NCBI GenBank assembly: GCA_964463875.1
Contig: CAYXEG010000001.1
Span: 13,714 to 77,713, forward strand
DNA from: an uncultured Dehalococcoidales bacterium
GTDB taxonomy: Bacteria > Chloroflexota > Dehalococcoidia > Dehalococcoidales > UBA2162
DNA: 64,000 bases
Reading direction: 5' to 3'
The translations under genes were made by a program, and so were the position numbers. The number at the start of each line of letters is the position of its first letter. Positions within the stretch are counted from its first letter, which is position 1. This document shows positions 17,887 through 24,314 of the stretch, one piece after another. Under the pieces are notes generated by a model that was not told the DNA's origin, did no database searches, and saw only the letters and a program-made list of their open reading frames with translations.

Positions 17887-19155
17887 TTACGATAGTTCAA
17901 CTCCCTGGGCGACTAGCCTTTTCTGTAATGACTTGATATCTACTTTACGCGGCAGGACATTACTCTTCACTGCGAGGGCAGCCGCGGTTCCGGCCGCCTG
18001 TCCCATTTGAATACAGTGCGAGATGACGTTGAACATCGAATTCGCTTCCTGGTCGGATGAGAAACACCTCCCGGCGGCAAGCAGCCCTTCCAGTTTGGCC
18101 GGTACCAGGCAGCGGTACGGCATGGCGATATTCACTGCCGGGCCGTCGGTGATGGGCCAGCTCAATGGTACCCCATGGGGGAATATCAAAACCGTGTCGT
18201 CGTACTTCTTTTTAGCTTTAATTTCATCCAGTGTCAGGATGTGCTCGCCGACGAGGCGGCGGCTGCCGCGCGTGCCGATTTGTGAGGCGCTATCATAGAT
18301 ATAGCTGTTTTCAAAACCGGGAACAGCCTGTTTGTAATAAGAATGGAGAGGTACCATTGTTTTCCGGACGTTCGTTTCCACCCAGGTGAGGTCCTCGACA
18401 TTTAGACAGTTTTTACCACGAATAAAGTTGTTGACCCAGAAAACATCCTGGCGCTGGGCAGGCACCGGGGCAATATGGAATCCGGCGAGTTTGAACCCTT
18501 CCTCCCTCATTTTCACCCAGCTGCCCGGTTCCGCCTTGCGAAACTCGGCAAACTTGTCGAAGTTGATGCCGCCGATGCGGAAGACCATGGCCATTTCGGA
18601 GGTACGGTACCCTTTATCCAGCGAGGCATCGAAATCGGCGCCGGCGGAAGCAAAAATGTCGCCGTCACCGGTAGCATCGATGACGACTTTCCCCATCACC
18701 GCGTTGCGCCCCGATTTACTCTCGAAGATGACACCTTTGACGGTGTTATTCTCAACCACAGCCCGGCAGGACCAGGAGTGCAGGAGAAGCTTTACGCCGG
18801 CTTCGAGGGCCATGTCGTTCAGGGCACATTTCAACAGTTCCGGGTCTACCATGAAAGTACGATTCCATTCCGGCTCTTTTGTTTTCGAGAGGTCATGGAG
18901 ACCGTTAACTTTGTTGAGTCTGTCAATCCATTCCTGTCCCTGGCCGAAAGCAGGGTTGAACATGAGTACCAGGCCGCCTGTCGCCATGCCGCCGAGATGG
19001 CCGTACCTTTCCATCAGAATCGTATCGGCGCCTTCGCGGGCGGCAGTGATGGCGGCAGTCACACCTGCCGGGCCGGCCCCGACGACAACGACATCCGCTT
19101 CTGCCAGGACATTGATATCACGAGCTTCTTCACGAACAGTAGTACCCTTTCCCAT
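17887..19155 (-). CDS. FAD-dependent oxidoreductase (PF12831-like); first gene of the BCR/HAD-like operon
   Basis: VVVVGAGPAGVTAAITAAREG...ERYGHLGGMATGG and GRCFSSDQEANSMFNVISHCIQMGQAAG. By eye roughly half the residues match the 10682 paralogue. Confidence 0.8.
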   Translation of the reverse strand: MGKGTTVREEARDINVLAEADVVVVGAGPAGVTAAITAAREGADTILMERYGHLGGMATGGLVLMFNPAFGQGQEWIDRLNKVNGLHDLSKTKEPEWNRTFMVDPELLKCALNDMALEAGVKLLLHSWSCRAVVENNTVKGVIFESKSGRNAVMGKVVIDATGDGDIFASAGADFDASLDKGYRTSEMAMVFRIGGINFDKFAEFRKAEPGSWVKMREEGFKLAGFHIAPVPAQRQDVFWVNNFIRGKNCLNVEDLTWVETNVRKTMVPLHSYYKQAVPGFENSYIYDSASQIGTRGSRRLVGEHILTLDEIKAKKKYDDTVLIFPHGVPLSWPITDGPAVNIAMPYRCLVPAKLEGLLAAGRCFSSDQEANSMFNVISHCIQMGQAAGTAAALAVKSNVLPRKVDIKSLQKRLVAQGVELS

Positions 19156-19264
19156 GGAACCCTCCCTTTACCCTGAGCTGATTTCAGGATTCATTTGCTT
19201 CAGAAAACCTTGTTAACAACTTTCATTCCTGGTCCGACGCGTTCTCTGCCACCGGCTTGAAGGC

Positions 19265-19292
19265 TTGACAATTTCCTTATTGATGTTATATT
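19265..19292 (+). promoter_or_regulatory. sigma70-type promoter directed at SBP gene 19627
   Basis: TTGACA (19265-19270), 16-nt spacer, TATATT (19287-19292). Confidence 0.5.
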
Positions 19293-19303
19293 GTGATTCC
19301 TAT

Positions 19304-19338
19304 ATCATAATAATTATGATTTCACGTATGATATCATA
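19304..19338. promoter_or_regulatory. Two palindromic candidate operators between and over the divergent promoters
   Basis: ATCATAAT-A-ATTATGAT (19304-19320; 8-bp arms) and TATGATATCATA (19327-19338; perfect 12-bp palindrome). Confidence 0.45.
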
Positions 19339-19357
19339 TATATTTACCGAATATCAA
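19328..19357 (-). promoter_or_regulatory. sigma70-type promoter directed at the 19155<-12398 operon
   Basis: On the minus strand: TTGATA (19357-19352), 18-nt spacer, TATCAT (19333-19328). Confidence 0.45.
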
Positions 19358-19626
19358 GTATTTTTTCCGGCTTTTTTCCCTCTGCTGACACTGAGTTCAA
19401 ACGGACAGGAAATGCCGGTAATGCAGGCGAGGGCAGTAAACCGGTGAACCCCGAAATTCCCGCAGAAGGAAATCAAATCAATAAGCAGGATATCGGTGAT
19501 TGTTAGCAGGAAACAAAGGAGGTGAACACTTATAGGGAGATATCACGGCTATTCCGGTAACCGGTAGCATCAATGAACCTGACGATTGAATTATTTCGGG
19601 TAGATGGTAAAGGAGAAAATAACACA

Positions 19627-21369
19627 ATGCTGAGAAAAAAAGTGGCATGGGTGGTAAGCATCATGATGGTAGTAACCCTCATGATTGTTTCTTCGTGCGG
19701 AGGTTCGGAAACAGGAGAGGAAGAAGAAGGGCTTCTTTCTCCGGAAACTCCAAAGTACGGAGGCACGCTTCAGATTTTGGGAGGTGATCCGTCGAGCTTC
19801 GACGAAGCATTGGCTTTTAAGTTTATGGCTCGTACGACCTATCAGACGAACGATTCCCTGATAGGCGGCGATTTTTACAAAGGCCCGTCCGGGACCGGCG
19901 AAACAGACTGGGTCAGCGGCGCCTGCGGTAACATGGATGTCCTGACCGGCTATATAGCTGAAAGATGGGAACTTATCGGTAACGATACGATTATCTACCA
20001 TATTCGAAAAGGTATTCATTTCCACAATAAACCACCGACGAACGGCCGGGAACTTACCGCCGAGGACGTGGTTTTTTCGCTCAACAGACTGTGGTTCGAA
20101 AGCGATAAAACCCTCCATTCGATGAATCCGCCTTTCCTCAAACCAACGTCAATTACGGCAATCGATAACTATACCGTCGAGGTTAAAGTACCGCCGGCGA
20201 TGCAGGGCACTCTGCTGGTGGAAATCGGCGTGGACGGTATCTATCCGAAAGACGCCATCGAACAGTTCGGAGATATGAGCGACTGGAAAAATGTCATCGG
20301 TGCCGGCCCGTGGATGATTGAAGAATACGTCCCCAGCAGCTACCTGCACCTGGTGAGAAATCCTGACTACTACATGACCGACGAGCAACACCCGGAGAAC
20401 CGGCTGCCCTACATCGATGCGGTGAGAGCCCGGGTTATCCCGGATGCTTCCACGCAGCAGGCGGCTATGAAAACAGGCCAGCTCGACTACATAGATATTG
20501 TCGATTTCGAAACCTTGACAAGCCTGACGACTCATAACAAAGACATTCTTAACAAGTCGAGAATGAACGCTCCCTTGAATGTCTATTTCGTGATGGACAA
20601 TCCGGAATCCCCCTGGGCGGATGTCAATGTCCGCCGGGCGATGAATATGGCCATCAATAAGCAGGTCATCATCGACGACCTGTTCTCCGGCCACGGCTAT
20701 ATGCTGGCCAATCCCTATCACCAGTATTCTTCGCATGCAGCGTTTTATACGCCTCTCGAGGAACAGCCGGCATCGGTGAAGGAGTTATTCGTCTATAACC
20801 CGGAGAAAGCGAAAGCCTTGTTAACAGAGGCAGGTTACCCGGATGGCTTTACCACGGAAGTTGTCTGCCAGCAGACGGTTTACCGGGGAATGAACATGGT
20901 TGACTACCTCTCGGTCATTGCGGAGGACTGGAAAAAAGTCGGGGTAAACGTCAAGATATCCGCCGTGGATTCAACCATTTTCAACAGCATGAAGAACGGC
21001 CGCACGTTCGAGGATGCCATCCTGGTTGACTACCAGGGGTACTCCGCGCCGTTCAAGTTCCTCGGCTACATTGAAAACTTCAGTAATATGAACAAATACG
21101 TTGACCCGGTTATGCAGGAATACCACAATGCAGCCCAGCAGGTTCTTTACAAGGACACAACCGAGCTGAACAAGATACTGAAAGAATCAGGCCCGTACGT
21201 TCTCGACCAGGCTTTTGCGGCCTGGATGCCGGCTATGGATGTCTATACTATATGGCAGCCCTGGCTCCAGAATTACAAGGGTGAAGTCTGGGGCGGCGTC
21301 GCCACACCGGAAGAATGGTCACGATACAGCTGGCTCGATGAAAGCCTGAAGAAAAGTCTGGGATACTAG
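19627..21369 (+). CDS. Family-5 ABC substrate-binding lipoprotein
   Basis: The ATG at 19627 lies 8 nt after AAGGAG. Signal peptide plus lipobox IVSS-C. PKYGGTL..., WQPWLQNYKGE. Confidence 0.9.
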   Translation: MLRKKVAWVVSIMMVVTLMIVSSCGGSETGEEEEGLLSPETPKYGGTLQILGGDPSSFDEALAFKFMARTTYQTNDSLIGGDFYKGPSGTGETDWVSGACGNMDVLTGYIAERWELIGNDTIIYHIRKGIHFHNKPPTNGRELTAEDVVFSLNRLWFESDKTLHSMNPPFLKPTSITAIDNYTVEVKVPPAMQGTLLVEIGVDGIYPKDAIEQFGDMSDWKNVIGAGPWMIEEYVPSSYLHLVRNPDYYMTDEQHPENRLPYIDAVRARVIPDASTQQAAMKTGQLDYIDIVDFETLTSLTTHNKDILNKSRMNAPLNVYFVMDNPESPWADVNVRRAMNMAINKQVIIDDLFSGHGYMLANPYHQYSSHAAFYTPLEEQPASVKELFVYNPEKAKALLTEAGYPDGFTTEVVCQQTVYRGMNMVDYLSVIAEDWKKVGVNVKISAVDSTIFNSMKNGRTFEDAILVDYQGYSAPFKFLGYIENFSNMNKYVDPVMQEYHNAAQQVLYKDTTELNKILKESGPYVLDQAFAAWMPAMDVYTIWQPWLQNYKGEVWGGVATPEEWSRYSWLDESLKKSLGY

Positions 21370-21383
21370 TTCCTGAAATATGC

Positions 21384-21425
21384 AAAAAAAAGAGAGGCCG
21401 GCAATTGCCGGCCTCTCTTTTTTTT
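21384..21425. terminator. Bidirectional rho-independent terminator between convergent genes
   Basis: A8-GAGAGGCCGGCAATTGCCGGCCTCTC-T8. Perfect stem 21391-21418, flanked by A- and T-runs. Confidence 0.9.
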
Positions 21426-21457
21426 ATGAATCGAAATACTGTTTACCAGGGAACCGG

Positions 21458-22480
21458 CTACACCTCTCTCTTCAGCGCTGTTTTCGGAACGACGGTCGGA
21501 TTGACAACATTCTTCGGCCACGTACCGCTGAGAACCCTGACGGCTTCCCGGACCGGGTTGACCGGCTGAACACGCAGGGACGTTTTCGAGAAGGAAGCGG
21601 AATGAGGTGTCACGATGGCATTCTCCAATGTGAAGAGAGGATTGTCTTGCTCGACCGGTTCTTTTTCGTAAACATCGAGTCCGGCTCCGGCTATCCATTT
21701 CTCTTTGAGGGCTTTTACCAGCGCTTTCTCGTCGACCAGTCCGCCGCGGCCGGTATTGATGAAAATAGCTTCGGGCTTCATTTTCCTGAATTCTGCCTCG
21801 CCTATCATGTGACGGGTTTGTTCGTTCAGGGGGGCGTGCATCGAAATAAAGTCCGATTGTTCGATAAGCTGGTCCAGGTCAACCGGCGTTATCGAATATT
21901 CTTTAAACAAGGCCTGGCTGAGGAGCGGGTCATACCCGATAAGGCTCATACCGAAACAGAGAGCTTTTTTGGCGACCATTCGGGCAATCGCTCCGCAACC
22001 GACCAGGCCGAGGGTTTGCCCGTGAATCGGCGGCAGGTCCGTGAGTAAATCGTTTCTCGAACGCCCCCATTCTCCTCTTTTTAACATATTGTTCAGGGAG
22101 GTGATGTTTTTAGCCGCGGCCAGAAGCAGAGCAATGGCGTGGTTGGAGACTTCCTCGATACACCATTCCGAGGCGGGATTGTTGATTACCATGATACCGT
22201 TTTCGGTAGCGGCGCCGATATCGATGCCATCGAATCCAACAGAGTAGGTTATTATTGCACGGCATTTGGGTAGATGTTCGATAACCCTCCGGGTAAAGAG
22301 GTAACCGCCGCCCAGGATAATATCGGCATCTTTGGCAATCTCAATCAATTCGTCTTCGCTGCTGCATCTTCCTGATATCAATTCCGCCTCGAATTGCAGC
22401 TTTTTCAATTCTGCTTCTTCAATCTCCGCCGTCGTTCCGCGCAATTTCGCCGTCGTCAATATCTTGTATGTAGTACTCAT
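21458..22480 (-). CDS. D-isomer-specific 2-hydroxyacid dehydrogenase (NAD-dependent)
   Basis: GLVGCGAIARMVAKKA (GxGxxG), INTGRGGLVDEKAL, GAGLDVYEKEP, TPHSA. Confidence 0.85.
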   Translation of the reverse strand: MSTTYKILTTAKLRGTTAEIEEAELKKLQFEAELISGRCSSEDELIEIAKDADIILGGGYLFTRRVIEHLPKCRAIITYSVGFDGIDIGAATENGIMVINNPASEWCIEEVSNHAIALLLAAAKNITSLNNMLKRGEWGRSRNDLLTDLPPIHGQTLGLVGCGAIARMVAKKALCFGMSLIGYDPLLSQALFKEYSITPVDLDQLIEQSDFISMHAPLNEQTRHMIGEAEFRKMKPEAIFINTGRGGLVDEKALVKALKEKWIAGAGLDVYEKEPVEQDNPLFTLENAIVTPHSASFSKTSLRVQPVNPVREAVRVLSGTWPKNVVNPTVVPKTALKREV

Positions 22481-22544
22481 GCTTTTAACTCACCTTATTA
22501 ATTATTCCGTAACATCGTTAAACGTGTATTTCTGTTACTACCTT

Positions 22545-23051
22545 TTACCCCGCACGCTTTTCAGGGAGCGCATTGTTTTCCCGGGCTTTCTGCAGGAACG
22601 GCGGTACGTAATTCAGTCCGAGTAACGACCTCGTATGACCCCGCAGTTTTTCAAGAAGCCCGGTAAGCTGTTCTTTTTCCTTTTCGGTGAGGACATCGAA
22701 AATCAGCACGATGGCATGTTCGGTGATGGTATTGTTATATAATTCCCGTCCTTTATCGGTCACGATAACATATGTTTTGTTTTCTCCCGGGATTCTTACT
22801 TTTTCTACCAGTTCGTTTTTTTGCATTCTGTCGACCAGCGTGGTGACTGAATTTAGTTCTTTAACGGAAGATTCGGCAAGCTGGTTAAGGGTTAACATTT
22901 CAACACTTTTCACGAGCATGTGCAATACTTTCACTTGGGATTGACTGATATTGTATTGCGCGAGTTCAAGTTTAACGGCTCGTTGAATCGTTTCATTCGT
23001 TGAATGAAGCAGGGCTTGCAGTTCGATTCGCGGATCATCCATTTTTGACAT
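22545..23051 (-). CDS. MarR-family transcriptional regulator; paralogue of 38734..39204
   Basis: 168 aa. Winged-helix region LTLNQLAESSVKELNSVTTLVDRMQKNELVEKVR. Divergent from the 23303 gene. Confidence 0.85.
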   Translation of the reverse strand: MSKMDDPRIELQALLHSTNETIQRAVKLELAQYNISQSQVKVLHMLVKSVEMLTLNQLAESSVKELNSVTTLVDRMQKNELVEKVRIPGENKTYVIVTDKGRELYNNTITEHAIVLIFDVLTEKEKEQLTGLLEKLRGHTRSLLGLNYVPPFLQKARENNALPEKRAG

Positions 23052-23128
23052 AATGTCTCTCCTTCGGTATCTATAAAATTTTGTTCACCTAATTTCAGTG
23101 TTTTGCATTTTTCCCGGATTTCGAATGC

Positions 23129-23157
23129 TTGACATCCGTTATCTTAATGTGTTATAC
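23129..23157 (+). promoter_or_regulatory. sigma70-type promoter for 23303 operon
   Basis: TTGACA (23129-23134), 17-nt spacer, TTATAC (23152-23157). Confidence 0.5.
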
Positions 23158-23179
23158 ATGACTTCATATTGGAAGTCAA
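23151..23179 (-). promoter_or_regulatory. sigma70-type promoter for the MarR gene; its -10 overlaps the opposite promoter's -10
   Basis: On the minus strand: TTGACT (23179-23174), 17-nt spacer, TATAAC (23156-23151). Confidence 0.45.
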
Positions 23180-23190
23180 ATACATAATGA

Positions 23191-23218
23191 AATATGATGT
23201 TATCGAAGATATCATATT
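23191..23218. promoter_or_regulatory. Candidate operator AATATGAT-N12-ATCATATT
   Basis: Perfect 8-bp inverted arms at 23191-23198 and 23211-23218. Same half-site as at 5311-5359 and 19304-19338. Confidence 0.45.
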
Positions 23219-23302
23219 CATCGTAATGCCAGAGATTGGGTATTTCTTAGCCGGAAAAGAGTCGAACGGCATATAGATAACGAAAAAAAAGGAGAAAGCT
23301 GA

Positions 23303-23998
23303 ATGGAAGAAGGAAAATATCCGATAGGTTGGGCAGTTGTCGATCATGTCATTCCCGGCGTTACTCCGGAGATGATTGACTGGTGGTGGGTCAACATGGA
23401 AAAAGGGTACGAATTATGGTGCCCTGACGAACACAAAGGCTTCACCTGGGAAGTCAAACCTCCTCTCGGCGGGCATATCGGAGCCATACAGATTGCCAAA
23501 GAAAGCATCGATTATGGCCCGGTGATGGATCTTAGAATCGAGTGGGTCGACCCGAACCTGGGAACCCAGGAACAGAAGGATTTCTGGACATATGAACATC
23601 TCCTTACTGCCGGTGGAGGCCCTCCCGGAATGCCAAAGGGAGTAATGCTATCTCACCAGTGGGAAGCAATTCCGGGGGGATGTAAAATGCGTTCCTGCAT
23701 GCATGGTATGGCAGGTGGATCTGGACCACGGCCGCCACAGGGACCGCCTCCCGGAGCCAGGCAGGGTCCGCCTCCCGGTCCGCCTCCCGGTTTTGTGATG
23801 CCTCCTCATCCGAGCGGCAAGAAACCGACCGGTGGTGGGTGGAGCGCTCATAACGTTTCTGAAGCCAGTACATTTAAAAATTTCCTGCCGGCTCTCTGGG
23901 GAATCTGGCAGGCTGTTACTGACCCGGCAATCAATCGCCAGGCTTCTCTGAGGGTTAAGAAGGAAGGCTCCAAGATAATCTATATCGACCAGAGGTAA
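23303..23998 (+). CDS. Conserved hypothetical protein, tentatively DAPG/phloretin-hydrolase-family-like, with Pro/Gly-rich insert; paralogue of 5407..6075
   Basis: Long blocks are identical to 5407 at protein and DNA level (EMIDWWWVNMEKGYELWCPDEHKGF, PPLGGHIGA, SHQWEAIPGGCKMRSCMHG, FLPALWGIWQAV). Confidence 0.45.
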   Translation: MEEGKYPIGWAVVDHVIPGVTPEMIDWWWVNMEKGYELWCPDEHKGFTWEVKPPLGGHIGAIQIAKESIDYGPVMDLRIEWVDPNLGTQEQKDFWTYEHLLTAGGGPPGMPKGVMLSHQWEAIPGGCKMRSCMHGMAGGSGPRPPQGPPPGARQGPPPGPPPGFVMPPHPSGKKPTGGGWSAHNVSEASTFKNFLPALWGIWQAVTDPAINRQASLRVKKEGSKIIYIDQR

Positions 23999-24020
23999 AA
24001 AACCTGTAAAGGGGGAAATC

Positions 24021-24263
24021 ATGGAAGCGGAAAAAATGAGATGGGTCAAGGAAATCAAAATAGACCTTGATACTTGCAAGGGATGCAAAACCTGCGTTAA
24101 TGCCTGCTTCGTCGATGTAATTCGCTGGAATGCTGAAACGAAGAAACCTGTTGTTGCTTACTCGGAAGATTGCGTCTGGTGTCTGGCGTGTGAAGCAGGC
24201 TGCCCGGTCAGCGCAATAGAAGTAATACCAATCATTCCGGCACCATTACGAGTATCGTTTTAA
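24021..24263 (+). CDS. 2x[4Fe-4S] ferredoxin
   Basis: 80 aa with CKGCKTCVNAC and CVWCLACEAGCP cluster motifs. Confidence 0.9.
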   Translation: MEAEKMRWVKEIKIDLDTCKGCKTCVNACFVDVIRWNAETKKPVVAYSEDCVWCLACEAGCPVSAIEVIPIIPAPLRVSF

Positions 24264-24314
24264 CGACAGTGTGTCACTGGCAGTCATTCAAGAATAAAAG
24301 ACAGGAGGTCCAAG

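Noticed and set aside
19265-19447. 60-aa ORF in the AT-rich leader upstream of SBP 19627, and the ORF-track N-terminal extension of the SBP (19573).
   Set aside because: No SD, and the ORF overlaps the promoter/operator region. The SBP's signal peptide and AAGGAG SD fix its start at 19627.
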